NCBI GenBank assembly: GCA_038496445.1
Contig: JALMLS010000074.1
Coordinates: forward strand, 163,715-227,714
DNA from: Trichosphaerium sp. ATCC 40318
Taxonomy: Eukaryota > Protista > Tubulinea
Length of the DNA: 64,000 nucleotides
Direction of reading: 5' to 3'
The first letter of the stretch is position 1, and every line of letters starts with the position of its first letter. The position numbers were made by a program, and so were the translations under genes. The notes beneath the pieces are model-generated. The model made no database searches and was not told where the DNA came from. It worked only from the letters and a program-made list of their open reading frames with translations. Below are positions 1 to 13,410 of this stretch, piece after piece.

Positions 1-497
1 AATACCAAGGTAATCCAAGCATTGCCTATAAAAATAACCTGTTTTAACAACAAGAAAATGAATAAAAAACAACTTACCAGTTTATCTTCGTAAATGCGTT
101 TAAATAGAGGATCTTGTAGGTTTTTGACGCCCTCGTGGTAAAAGTTATCGCCTACGCTTATTCCCATTTGTATTTGTTTAGATGTATTTAAAAAGTCCGT
201 TTTCACAGTTTTTAGGCGTTTGAGAACGTTTTTATAAGCGTTAGTGTCCTCTCCATAATCGCCAAGCAGAATAAAGTTTAAATGCTCTTCTACAACCGGT
301 TTCGTAGTCTCTGCTTCATATTCAGGCGATTCAGATGTACTTATGTCTGTTGCGTCAATTGGTTTTGTAGTATCTGTTAAACGAGGTTCAGATGTAATTC
401 TGTCTGCTACGTCAACGTTTATAGTAAACGAGACCAAAGCAACGATGCAAATGAATACAGCCAATCCAGCTAGCCCAAGATGACGCGTAGAGGGCAT
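1..497 (-). CDS. Purple acid phosphatase / ACP5-like metallophosphoesterase, 5' part (continues beyond the window start)
   Basis: Manual translation gives MPSTRHLGLAGLAVFICIVALVSF (signal anchor), then LLGDYG and VGDNFY, and after a short intron AMLGLPWY. GDxG/GDNFY/PWY are typical PAP17/ACP5 motifs. Absent from the ORF track, apparently because no stop falls inside the window. Confidence 0.85.
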   Translation of the reverse strand, partial: MPSTRHLGLAGLAVFICIVALVSFTINVDVADRITSEPRLTDTTKPIDATDISTSESPEYEAETTKPVVEEHLNFILLGDYGEDTNAYKNVLKRLKTVKTDFLNTSKQIQMGISVGDNFYHEGVKNLQDPLFKRIYEDKLVSCFLFIFLLLKQVIFIGNAWITLV

Positions 498-651
498 TGT
501 ATAACAGCTTGCAACGCTGTTTGTTGAATCAGGTAGACCAGTTTTTTGTACAGTCAGCATTGAAGGCGTAAGTATTAGATCGCGTACATTCATATCAGCT
601 TACATTGAGCACATGCTCACTTGTAAATGAAAGAAGACTCTACCAGTTTTT

Positions 652-770
652 TGTCACATGATATCACGTGAGCTGTGATGCAAACACGTGATTTCAAAGG
701 AGATTTAAAATGAAGTATGCTTGTAACTCGGCAAAGGTTTGGAACTTATCACGTGTTAACAAAACGTGAC
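652..770. promoter_or_regulatory. Cluster of E-box palindromes in a divergent promoter
   Basis: CACGTG at 665, 685 and 750, plus CACATG at ~655, between the divergent phosphatase and chitinase genes. Confidence 0.55.
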
Positions 771-967
771 AAGTTAAAAAGGTTCGAAAAAACCTCTAAT
801 TTCCTTTGTATATATCTACCTTTAACGTGTGTTTATTATATTACCTACAAGCTTAGAGAGTCTATATCATCTTGGAAAGTTTGTGAGAGAATTGCACCTT
901 TGTGATGCTGACACAAAGGTGCAATTTTTGAGAATGTTTAAACACTACAAATACAAAACTCATCCAA

Positions 968-2236
968 ATGAACACATCTCTCTTTCTTATTGTATGTGGT
1001 CTCGCTATCGTGTCGTGTGGGTTACCACGTAAAATGGTAGGTTTCTACCTATTAATCGCTGACGATACCGTCCAGAACTATACAAGGTACGCCTAACGCT
1101 AAGAAATTATCATAAAACTCCAACTAAATAACGAAAACGGTTAGTTCGGCTGTATGGACACCAATGCTTTTTGATTATCAACAAACAGGTGGTAACGTGT
1201 TCTGGCTCGCTTTTGTAAACCCAAGCGACATGCCTAATGTACGCAAAACGGCAATACAGAACGTAACTTTTCTTGACACTTTTCTATTTCAGGTACCACC
1301 CGCAATGGCTTCTCTGGCTAAAACGAAAGGTTCTGGCAAGCCTGGTAGCATTCCTTCCCAAGCTAAAGTGATATTCTCAATTGGAGGCGAAGCTTACAGC
1401 AACAAACCTAACCCATGGCCTTTCCTTGCATCACAACAAGCGGCAGAAGCAATGGCTGCTGAGGTACTATACACTTTGTCACATTAATAAGAGCACTAAG
1501 TGTTTCACAGGTCGCCACTTGGTCAGAAAAGTACGGTTGTGACGGTATTGATATCGATATTGAAACTGGAGCTGGTAGCGCTCCAGGTGCTGGAGCAAAT
1601 ATGGTAGCGTTCATGCGGTAAGAAATCTCTCTTTTTTCAGTTTTTGAAAAACTTACAAATCACGTGCTAATATTTTTGTTTCGTACAGTGCTTTGAAACA
1701 AAAGAACCCTAATTTCATAATCACATTACCTCAATACGGGTATCCTCAAGTTCCAGCTGAGATCGAAGGAGTAAATGAGTCATGGGATGAAAATCGCAAC
1801 TCTAAAGGTATACTGGCATCTTTGTTCCTTTTAGCTCACTCAATAATAGGTCTTGGTGATGCTATTGGTCTTATGGTATACAGTGGCACGAATTCATTAA
1901 ACTATGTTAAGGATTACGCCAACGGTAAGACTCTTCTTAGCGAGATTCTTGGTTTTTTCTTACTGCTTTTCAGGCACCAGTCAGTGGCAAGGGTTTCCTA
2001 TCAAAGTGAACGTACCTACAAGTGCTATTACAGTAGGTATAGGAGGCGGCGATACAAGTGCGATTATGACAATGGCAAGTGCTATCAACAGCAAACAGCT
2101 TGGCGGTATGATGGTTTGGTTTGCTAGCGTACAAGATTCAAGAAACCCTGGCAAACCAGCGTATCAATACGGAACTACTAATGATGCTTCTGAAGCTAAG
2201 AGTGGAGATTGGCAGAAAGCCCTTAGTATGATGTAG
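968..2236 (+). CDS. Secreted GH18 chitinase-like glycoside hydrolase (7 exons)
   Basis: Signal peptide MNTSLFLIVCGLAIVSCG, SIGG motif, catalytic DGIDIDIE at ~1541-1564, and C-terminal LGGMMVW. GT-AG introns join the exons in frame. Confidence 0.9.
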
Positions 2237-2525
2237 AAGAGAATAAATCTTTAACAACATGAGAAAGTTGAAACCGAAGAAATACGTTTGCGGATAAAGT
2301 ATGACACTCGTGTTGATACGTCATTTTTGACTTTAAAATTCTGGCTGCCAAACGGTCCCGGCGGCCATAGACCAAGGTCTATATTGGAAGCTAGGTGCAT
2401 AACTTGAAAAGCGTTTGACACGTGACTGGCAAACACCAGAGAAAAAAATGATTAGACGCGGTATGATAAAAAATAGTGGTGTTTATTAAAACAAATGATA
2501 CAAGTTTGTTGTTGGTAACAATTGT

Positions 2526-4542
2526 TTATCGTGAGTCTTGTAGTTCAACCGTGGAAATTTCTTGCGGTTCTACTTTTCCTTCTACTACATCATGTGATGT
2601 TTGTTGTCCTTTGTTAATATAGTAAAAGACACAAAAGAGCAGTATCAATAAGACAAAGAGGACGAAAACACCGATTCCAATGAGTACTTTTAAAAGAGGA
2701 GATTCACTTGTTACAGATTCGCTCCCATGTTGCTCTGCGGTACAATTTGTTCCTATGGATGTGATCACGCTTGGAAATATAGATGTGTCTCGCACTGTGA
2801 CCTTTGCGTACTCTAGGGAAGCGATCAGTACTTTTTGGTCTAAAAATAGAAATACCTGTTCCGTATACGCATTGTTTTACTTCTAGAGTACCGTGTTCAT
2901 CGAATATCATTTCACTACCTTGTTGCCACCTCATTGAACCTTATAGATTTGTTAGTAAACATGGTTATTGATTGTTAATAAAAGAGTACCTTGGACAACC
3001 ATAGGAACATTAAGCGGAAATAATGTTGGCACATTAAAGTCACCAATCACAGTCCAAACGTCATCAATACACACACACAGTTCTAAAGGTTGAGGATATC
3101 CATTGCACATGCACTGACCGTCAGTTAATACTCCTGTTTGTTGTGCACATGGAATCGAAGGTAGAGGTGGCGCTACTGGAGCGCCTGTTGGAGGAGGTGT
3201 AAGACAGGTTCTTCCAAATAATTCAAATTCCGCAGCTCCGAAACGCTCTGTCCCAACTAGGAACAGAATACTACAAGCTCCAACAGTCACGTTAGAAAAT
3301 GATGGTTCAAATGTATTTATCCGAAGTGGCCCAAGGGATTCATTTCTCACACTCCCAACACTAAAACAGTATGAGCGAAAGTGTATTCTCACTGTTTAGG
3401 TACATACTTAGAATCCATTGTATACGCCTCACTAGTATAAGTACTTTGCTGAGGACTCTTTCCACCCCACACAACAGAAACAAATGAATCGATGTACGGA
3501 TAGTAAACAGTGTCTACAGGTATCGAAAACCCGAGCTCTCCATTTCTATATTTGAAAGGGTTGCCACCTGTATTTAGTTAGACAACACAATCGTAAACAA
3601 ATTACATACGTTGGTTTCCGTACTGATCTAGCAATTGACCCCATAAATGTTGTTCGAAAAAATTAGTTATGGTTGTGATACCAGTTGCTATATATTCGCC
3701 AGTACGTGTATTTGGAATGATTGAATTTCTTTTATCTCTTTTTACACCATCCTGAAAAGCAGCCGAGATACCAGTAGCAGCATCTACAATCGTAGAATAG
3801 AATTCAACTTCAGAAACCACGTGATTTACTATGAACTGTTCCGATACGGGATTATAGATTGATTTGAGTCTGAAGATAGAAGTGTGTGGTAATGCTGCTA
3901 CATCAAATCTGTGCTCGACTGTACCATTCTTTGAAAGGAAAATACCTCTTACTATTGATTGTCGATATCCAGCGTCCTCTCTATACGTGATAAAAAACCG
4001 GTTTCTGTGGCTGTCATATGAAATAAACGGCTTAACGGCTATTCTGTCTTTTCGTTCTGTAATCTGAATGTTTCCGTTAATTATTTTTCCTTCCTCGTCC
4101 AAAAAAGTTGCAACGAGGAAAGTACTCGTTGCAGCCCATTTTTCCAGTTGACATTGATGTATCATCAAGTATTGTCCTCCTCCGTATACGATATGCATTG
4201 GATGGGGCGCTACAGAACTAGTCGCTATGTCGCATGGAACATGAATCTCAAAACGAATTGAGGCTTTTGTGAACTCGTGATAGAAGTATCCTTCGAAGAA
4301 ACTACTCATATTTAGTTTTCGCTGATTGAAAATTGAAAAACGAAAACTGAAGAAAGATTATTTTTGCTCCTAACGTACTCTACATCCTTCCATAGTACCA
4401 AGAACTGATTAGTAATCGGGCTGTACGTTGATATAGATTCTGCTGCAATTTTGTCGACGATTAAACCAGCTGAAGGCGTTGCGAAGTACAATAGCGATAG
4501 TACTACAAGCGTTGAGAGGTTTAAAAAGCAACACACTTTCAT
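2526..4542 (-). CDS. Type I membrane protein of unknown function (spliced)
   Basis: N-terminal signal peptide (ORF 4312-4542), beta-rich ectodomain (3602-4309), Pro/Cys-rich segment (PPPTGAPVAPPLPSIPC...CMCNG), and a C-terminal TM helix VLIGIGVFVLFVLLILLFCVFYYI. Confidence 0.7.
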
Positions 4543-5897
4543 TTTGTTTTCGAAGGTGAGTTGATGCTTAGGTTGTATATTAAGGTTAATTTTGGTAATT
4601 TTAATAGATGACTTAATCTTCTCGTTTTGTAAAAGGTTAACATCGCTTTGTATAGATGCGTTGAAGCTATTGTGATGGAGATTTGCTTTTTTTTTATTAT
4701 TATTTATACGTCCAACTTAAGATATTCCGTTCCCGTTTTGGAGCCAGGCAAGGTCAGAATTCTAGTTAGTGATTATGCCCGAGTTTAAAATATAGTGTTA
4801 GGCACTGCCAGCAGTAGTTAACTAAACCTCTTGGACGTATGTTAACTGATTGAGTTAGTCTTGAACCATTGCAATAATAAAAACGCTCGAAACTGTCCGA
4901 TAGTAGCTGTTAGACTCATCTAGAACTCTTACACGCGTGAAAACACAAAAAAAATCTGAATTAACCGGAACTACAAAAAGTAAGATCACCAGCGTAGGAA
5001 ATAAAGGAACAAACAGTTAAAAGAGTGAAATACAAGAGCATCTCCAAGTTTAGTATGTTGTGAAAATAAGTTCTTTTCGGAAAATTAAAAATCCAAGAAA
5101 TGCTTACACGAGGCAACTTTCGTGCTCACACAATTGTCAACAATATGTATTGATCGTATGTATGACTACACATTCACTAGATTAGTATGGTTTGAATTAC
5201 AGTTACGTTACCGTAAATCGTGATGAAAAAATAAAAAGTTCAACGTCCGATTCAGCTACAATGCGTTGATATTGTAGTTTTAGGCTCACAAAAGTGAAAA
5301 AATTAACGAAAACCTTGCTTTTTTTACTCCAATTCTGGTATGTTCTGAAATACGTTTTCAGTAGTAGCTACAACCTTCTACATACAGTGCACGTACGCCT
5401 ATTTCAATCTCAGCCTTTCAAAAGAAAATTTATGGTTTGGAGCTAGGCGTATGGCTATTGTTATGAGGAAACTAATGTTACAGAAGCAACTGACGTGTGC
5501 GCCGGTGTTGTCGGCGAAACTGTAGCAACTAAGCTGTTGATGAAGTACGCGGGTTTGTTACTACGAACAACGACCTCCGTAGTTGGTGGAAACTGTTAGC
5601 TGCGTTAGAGGACATTTACTAAAGTAAGTCTCACTGCCGTGATTCTCGCCATCAATCTGTTAGTCGTAATGAACCTGCGCTTGTACTCTTAAGAATATCT
5701 CAAATAACTAACTCCTTTTTGTATTATGCTCTTTACTGTAAGCTTGAGAATCGACCATACCCCGCCTACAGCAAACAGTAACAAAATTTTTGTATCTAGG
5801 ACTAGATAAACAATCAGTGTTGTGGTTTTAAATAACAATGGTGAAATGTCAAATGACGGCCTTTTTATTTTACATGTTACTATTTAGGCATATTAAT

Positions 5898-8800
5898 CTA
5901 TGTTTGCCTGTTACCAAGGTAGTACACGCTTCCTAAAACAACTAGTGAGTATACAGCGTTGAAATTGGAAACTTTGTTTTCAATAAATGTTGTAAACAAA
6001 AAAGAGGTACTTACCAGACATTGTCTGAACAGACTCTATTTGATCCATTTTAGGTGGCTCAACAGCCCAAGAGGATGACGTTTTATCCATGTAATGGAAT
6101 CTTTGTACTGTAGATGTTTTGTAGAAAGACCACGCCTTACCTTCCAAGTATGTCTGACCTAGAAAAAATATTAATTTACGAACTTGGCTTTTTTCCTTGA
6201 ATAAAACACTTTACCTGCTTGATCCATATTAACAAGAACCCAGTCGTTAATAACCTTTTTAGAAGGATCGCTCATGAGCTGTTGTAGACGTTCATCAATC
6301 TTGAAACCTCCTTTACCTCCAGAAGATTTGGCTTTATCCTAAAACAAACAAAAGTTAGTTCTCGTCAACACCAACATAAAAAAAACCAACAAACTTCCAA
6401 CACACTTGGAATTACAACATTCTGAAAAGATGCAATACAAAAAAGCCCAAAATACGTACAGCCTTATAAGCAGCGAATACACGTTGGAACTTTTTCAAAT
6501 GTCCCTTCTTCATACCAATATCCTTCAAATCTTGAACTTCTAAATCTTCAATATCTTCAAATCCCTCAGCTAAAAGCTTATTTGCGTAATCATCCCAACC
6601 ATACTGGTGCATCCACTCACGGAATGCCTTTAAAAAACCCAGAAGTCAAAACATCGCCTGGAAGGTTCAACAAAAACATACCTTTGTCAAGCTATCTTTG
6701 AGACTTTCCTTCTCGTCTTGAAATACTTTAAGTTCTGCTTTTAATGAAGCAATCTCTTCAGCTGCTTTTGATCCCTTAGATACTTCAGCCTTGGCTTCAT
6801 CTAATGCTTCCTTTTGCTTAGAAAGCTCTTCGTCTTTATTCTTAACGACTACTTCTAAATCTTCAACTTTCTGACGTAGGTCAGCGTGTTTTGCTTCTAA
6901 TGCTTTCTTGGCTTCTTCAAGGGCCTCAATCGCAGCAGTATCAACTACAGGCATTGGTGGTGGCGGAGGTGGCCCACTAGTAGTATCTACAGCTATTACT
7001 GGGGGTGCTGGAGGTGCTGGGGGAGCGCCAGAAGCCTCTTCTGGTACAGGCATAGCTGGAGGTGCTGGTGGAGCACCAGACTCTTCAGGCTCAGGCATGG
7101 CTGGCGCTGGTACTGCCTCTGTTGGAGTTGGTTTTGGTGCTTCTTGTTTGGCTTTTAAGCTTGATAAAGCTTTAGATACGTCTAATTGACTACCAAGTAT
7201 ATCTTCCAGTGACGCAACATCAGTTTTAACACCTCCTATTGAAAAAGAACATAGTGAGGTCAAAAGAAAAGATTAATATTTGAACGTACCAACGTCAACT
7301 TCATAGATGCCATCACCAACAACTGTACCACCTACGGTGACTACAATACCATGTGTACCATTTTCAGTTGGTTCCCATTCAATATCATAAGTGTCATCCT
7401 CGTTGTCAAACACAACTACCAAGCAAAAAAGTTAGTACAAGGATTTCAGTTTGATAACAAAAAAAAGCAGCATTAACTAAGTGCGTACGTGGTAAGACTA
7501 CGCCAGTAGGTCCTTTAATATGAGCACTGAGCTCGCTCTTTTTAATAGAAACACCAGGTTTCTTGCTTAAAACAACAGTGAAGCAACCAATTTCACCAAT
7601 CTTGGCCGGCAGCAAATTGTACCCACTATCCAGAAACAAATATAAGCGACCAAATAAAACAACAGATACACAAACAACGTACGTAACCTTACACTTGTCA
7701 GGAAAGACTTTACAGTTTTTGTCTTCTTTTGGAGCTTTGGGTGGTTCTGGTGTTTCAACCTTCTTTGGTTCCTCAACCTTAGTTTTTTCCACTTTAGGCT
7801 CTACTTTAGCAACCTCTTCCTTCACTGGCTCATCCGGAGCATCTACATAAATGTTAAATAACTTTACTTAAACCTAACTAACAGCAAACCAAACGTACTT
7901 GGAGTTTTAACAGTAAATGGACTCCCAATAATGTTTGAACCATTAATCAATACTTTAACAACATAAGTACCCTCGACGCTCGACACCCACTCGATATCCC
8001 ACGATTTATCGCCATCTTCATTATCATAGGCCTAAAACAGCAAATTAAATACCACAAATTAATTTTTAATCATTACTTCAATTGTTGGATTTCCAGGCCC
8101 TTCAACAGTGAATGTAATCTGTTCTTTCTTGACGCTAATAGCGGCACCGTCCTTATCTGCAAGAAAGAAAAATGTTAAAAACAAAGTAATCTCAAAACAA
8201 AAGTAGTTTGATTGTTTGTACCTTTTGGGAATACACTGAAAACATTTTCGTCTGTAAGGATAGCCTTTTGAGTACCAGATCCTCTAGCAGTAGATTTGGA
8301 ACCAATACAACCAGGACCATCTTCGGCAGGTTTTTTCTCCGCTGGTTTTGCTTCACTCTTGGCACTAACATGCGTAAGAATTACAAAGAATAATAAATTG
8401 TTTGGCCTTTCAGCATCTGGTAAATAGCTAAAAACGTACGCAGCAGGTTTATTATCACCACTGGCTGGCTTAGCAGCTTCTGGTTCAACGCCAGCTTTCT
8501 TTGAGAAAAAGGCATCGATATTATTACGTGCATCGCCTACATCGGCCTCAATCTCGCCCATTTCAGAGATATCAACACCACGATTTTCTAATCTAGCAAG
8601 ACGTTCCTTATCCCTCGCCTAGAAGAGCTCCATCAGCTACAATTTATTTTTTTTTCAAAACAAAAAAAATGACATTTTGATCATTTGAACAACGCTAGTC
8701 GGATAGATAGCCTCAATTATAAAACAACGTACAGCTTCTTCAGCTTGTGCTTCCTTTAACCGCCTCTGTGCTTCAAGCCTTGCTTTTTTTCGAGCTATAA

Positions 8801-9521
8801 GCATTTTTCGACGCTCTGGGTCCATTTTCTTTTTCTATACGTACAGTCTTTAGCGCAAAGAAATTGTAGAGTCCAAGAAGAGAAAGAGAACAAAAAACGA
8901 GTAAAACAACGCTTTGAATTTTTGGTGCTTGCAACTAAAACTACAAAAGTGATAGAACAATGCGCATTAGAGCGTGCAGGGCGTTGTAGAGATTTAAAAC
9001 GTGTTTTTTAAAGCTTGAATTGGATTTGCTGCTAATACGCGAGCAGGTTGTTCTAAGATAGATATTGCGTGAACAGTTAACGTACGCCTTTCTTTTTTGC
9101 TGCAAGTTTCGCCAACCGTCTTTTCTTTTGCTCCTCTCGTTTAGAGTTCCAGTCCTTTAGATGGTGTTAGCTAGCGTACTGAAATTATACAGCGAGAATA
9201 GAAACAACGATCGAGTTCATCTTTTTGAAACGATCGCAATTATGAAGATTGTAGTTGCTATTAGGCACCAGTAACATAAAAGCAAAGTTCTTTGGTATGT
9301 TTTTTCACCTGAAAAGCGTACGTCGTCGCGTGGTGGCTCTCCTTCTTCATCACCGTGCATAGTTAAAGCACCAGAAGCAATTTTAGATTTAACATCTTCT
9401 GCTTCAGCTTGAAACTGTGCAGAAGGCGCTTCGCCTTTTAGGATAGCCAACTACCACTTTTATTAGCCCAACAACGTAACTGTTCACTATTACGCACTAA
9501 ATCAGCAGCGTCGTCACCCAT
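5898..9521 (-). CDS. Multidomain cytoskeletal protein: filamin/ABP280 Ig repeats, Pro-rich region, coiled coil, SAM domain
   Basis: Filamin motifs (STARGSGTQKA, GTYVVKVLINGSNIIGSPFTV), PPAPPAMP repeats, coiled coil, and SAM-like YANKLLAEGFEDIEDL...LKDIGMKKGHLKK. Upstream exons MGDDAADL|LAILK...KKKG splice in phase to KKKMDPERRK at 8834. Confidence 0.8.
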
Positions 9522-9740
9522 TGTTTTTTAGGTTAGTTTAACTGTATCAAGCAGTAATTTGAGTTTTTCGGTCGAAAACACTTAAAATCGCTTAAGTCAA
9601 CAAAAAAGTGCCACAATGTGTCAAGTACGTTACAAACTGACATTTGACCACGCGTATATGTCTGACGTGGTCGTTTAAGCAAACTTTGGTTAAGTTGCTT
9701 AAAAAATGGCATTTACAAGTTTCTAAAACGCAGACAAAGC

Positions 9741-12034
9741 ATGTCATCATTCGCTCCAGGTTCTTCTACGCCTAAAAGCTACGTATGTGTCGAAGATGTC
9801 GCCAAATACTTCGACGACGCAGGAATACCTTCCCAGATTAAATACGAAGGACCAGAAACGAAAAACATTCTAGCGTTCCGTTATTACAACCCATCTGAGG
9901 TAATACTCGGTAAAACAATGGAAGACTGGTGTAGATTCTCGGTACGCTTTATAAAAATGAAAAAAAAGTAAAGTTTGTAGGCCGTCTAAACCGCGTGCCT
10001 TTGTTTTTTGTTTGTGAATTTTTTTTTGATTTTTGTAGCCCGTTCCCACCTATCCATAATTTATTGATTTCATACTAGGTCTGCTATTGGCATACTTTCA
10101 GAGGTGTTGGCGCAGGTAAAAAATATCACGTGGATAGTCATGTGACATTTCAATGGAAAAATCTTTTTGGATTTTTTTTTATCCAAGTCTAACTTTTTTG
10201 TTTCGTTATTAGATATGTTCGGGTTTGGCACTATCGAGAGACCTTGGGAAGATGGTACAGACAGCGTTGAAAACGCTCAAAGAAGAGCAAAGGTAGCTAT
10301 TGAATTCACGAGAAGGCACGTGATATTTTTTTTTAACCTTTTTTATCCTTCTGATGTTCTTTTGTAGACTTGGCGTTAAGTACTTTGCTTTCCACGACCG
10401 TGACATTGCCCCTGAAGTACGTTTTTTAAACTTAGACTATGAACGTGTACATTTACTCACGAGTTCACTTTCTAAAGGGCAAGAATATTGTCGAGTCAAA
10501 CTCAAACCTAGACAAAGTCGGTGCTACCATTAAGGAAGAAATGGCGAAAAAAGGAGTCAAACTACTGTGGGGAACTTCAAATCTCTTCTCTCATCCTGTA
10601 CTAACACTTCACTACTTATAAACCCTTCCTCCAATCTGACCCTTGCTCCTAAGCGTTACATGAATGGTGCTGCAACCAACCCAGATATTAACGCCTTTGC
10701 CTATGCTGGTGCACAAGTTAAGAAGTGTCTTGAGTTGACCAAACTACTCGGTAAGTGAAATGCGAACTCTCAACGAGGTTGTACAACTAACTATGTTGAA
10801 ACAGGTGGTGAGAACTTCGTCTTTTGGGGTGGCAGAGAAGGATACCAAACTATCCTTAACACCAACGTCAAAGCAGAGCTCGATCATTTTGCTGCTTTCT
10901 TGAAAATGGCTGCAGACTACAAAAAGAAAATAGGTAAATGCTTTTTTTCGCCTTTCGACCTTGTAGAGGTTTACAAAACACGAAAAATAGTCTTGAACCA
11001 ATAGTCTCTCTAACTCACTTACAGGTTTCACTGGACAATTGCTCATCGAACCTAAACCACGTGAGCCTACTAAGCATCAATATGATTACGGTAAGTTTGT
11101 ACCAAAAATGTTACTTCTGCCTTTTTTCTGAACTTAGTTGTTAGATGCGCAGACCGTCATTGGCTTTTTGAAACACTATGGTTTGGACAAAGATTTTAAG
11201 CTTAACATTGAGCCAAATCATACTACTCTCGCTGGACATGACTATGAACACGATATTGAAGTAGCTTCAAGGTACGTTCTTTTGATAAAAACCTCTAGAT
11301 TACTGGTTATTGCCTTGACCAATACTCCCAAAACAGGTATGGTATGCTTGGATCTGTAGATTCAAATACTGGAGATACTCTTCTTGGATGGGATACTGAT
11401 CAAGTATGAGTTGTACCTTTTTCCTTGTTTTTTTTTCCCCTTTTTTCATAAAGCTTGTACCAGTTTTCCTTGGTTCAATGTCTTTCTAATATTGACTGTT
11501 TTAGTTTCCTATGGATGTTAAGAAAACTACTCTTGTTATGCAGGTACGATGTTAAGTTTCAGAACAGTGACTTATTCTTTTTTCCAAGGCTGTTGTCAGA
11601 CAAGACGGGCTAGCTCCTGGTGGTCTTAACTTTGACTGTAAAGTAAGACGTGAATCAGTTGATATCGAAGATATGTTCATAGCTCATATTGGAGCAATTG
11701 ATGCTTTTGCACGTGGTTTGAGAAACGCTGCAAAAATCAAGGAAGATGCAGTACGTTACGATTTTTGTATCAAAAGTTTTTTTCAATATTCTACCTTTTA
11801 TTCCTTTCTATAAAATCACGTGATTTTGTTGTATAACTCTTTTTTTTTGTTAAGGTTATTCCTGGTCTTGTAAAGGCTCGTTATGCTTCATGGGACTCTG
11901 ATCTTGGAAAGAAGATTATGTCTGGTGAATGCACTTTTGAGGATTTAGATAAATACGCTCAGGAGAAGGGAGAGCCTGCAGTAACTTCAGGAAAGCAAGA
12001 AAAATTTGAGTTGTTGTACAACACATATGTTTAG
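9741..12034 (+). CDS. xylA: Xylose isomerase, class II (13 exons)
   Basis: Motifs [54 protein letters not shown] and GGLNFD are joined across 12 introns, one of them GC-AG at 10316. Confidence 0.97.
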
Positions 12035-13410
12035 ATACAAGAGACTGTGATTGCACGATTGTTTGCTGTAGAAATCATTACATTAATAAAGAAGTGCAAA
12101 GTCAAGCATTAGCACGGAGTTAAGTATTCTAAAAAGATCCAAAACATGAACAACAAAGTGCCTTCACCTGGTACATGTTATGTTTTTGCAGTTGCTAAAC
12201 TAGATCGTGTCAGCAGACAACATAATTACTACAAACTAGGGTTTGTTCGCGCATCAACGAAATAATTGTCTCTGTGTGCTTTTTGGTTCAAAACCAAATG
12301 AAGAGTTCTCAATTTGTGACAAGTGGATACTGATGATGTTGTACATTCTTGTAACTTGTCACAAAAATGTTACTCGATTAAGCAAAAGTATCCTCCCCAG
12401 GTGAGGACACGGTATTTTTGTTTGTTTTCAAATGCACTACTAGCTTAGGCTGGGTTATTTTGACTTTTTTTTTTAGGGAACAAAAAAAGTAACCTATGTT
12501 CACCGATGCAAGCACCCTGGTAGCCGCTAATAGATTTGTTACTTTTTTTTGTTCTTGGTGTTTGAGACTGCCATGTCTACTTTCATCGGCCACTACGAAA
12601 GCTTTGTGGTCGCTCCGGTTAGTCAAACTGAAACTAGTGGAGAACTACTTCCACTTGATATATAGAAGAAATTCGTTTCGGTTTATACGCCCATATTCTA
12701 TCCAAAAATAAATAGTGGGATACACTTCACTGAAATATCCAGTTAAAATGCTCGAATATGGATAATGCACATTGTAAAAAGCCACAAACCCTTACGCTAG
12801 CTGTTTTCTTCCGTTGTAAACCGTTTCAGCGATGCTTTTGTTCCAAAAACGTGCAGCAAAACAACATATACTTTCTTCAGCTTTGGAGCATGCTAAGAAC
12901 TAAATAGTGCTCCTGTAAGTTTATTTTAGCGTTTTCGATTCTTCTCAACTACTAATTGGCTTTGCTAACATATGCAACTCCAGAAATCTACACTTAGCGC
13001 CTACTAAAAGCAAACAGATGGCCATTTACTCGCTTGGATTTGTTCTCCTACAAAAACTAGGTACCTTTTTTTCAGTTGATGTCCCACATGAGTAAGTACA
13101 TAATTTTACCAAAGGAATAATACCAACGATAGTTTCGATGCCTTATCGTGTTTTACTAACTGGATATATTTGTTAAAATGCGTGCACTCATTAATCTCAA
13201 CGTGATTCCTCTACATATGCATTGAAGCAAGTCAGCTCGAATGACCTTGTTAAATAAAAACCGAACTTTGTCAACACCTCTTCCCTTTGGACATAAAAGT
13301 TTATGGACGGTTTCTATAGAACTTCCAACCAAGCTTATAACCTATTTTAAGCCTAGTTCACCATTCCTAACAAAACGTGATTTTTTTATTCAGTTACAAA
13401 TCCTTTTAAT

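Noticed and set aside
6908-7189. Gly/Ala-rich plus-strand ORF
   Set aside because: It is the antisense shadow of the polyproline exon of the filamin/SAM gene.
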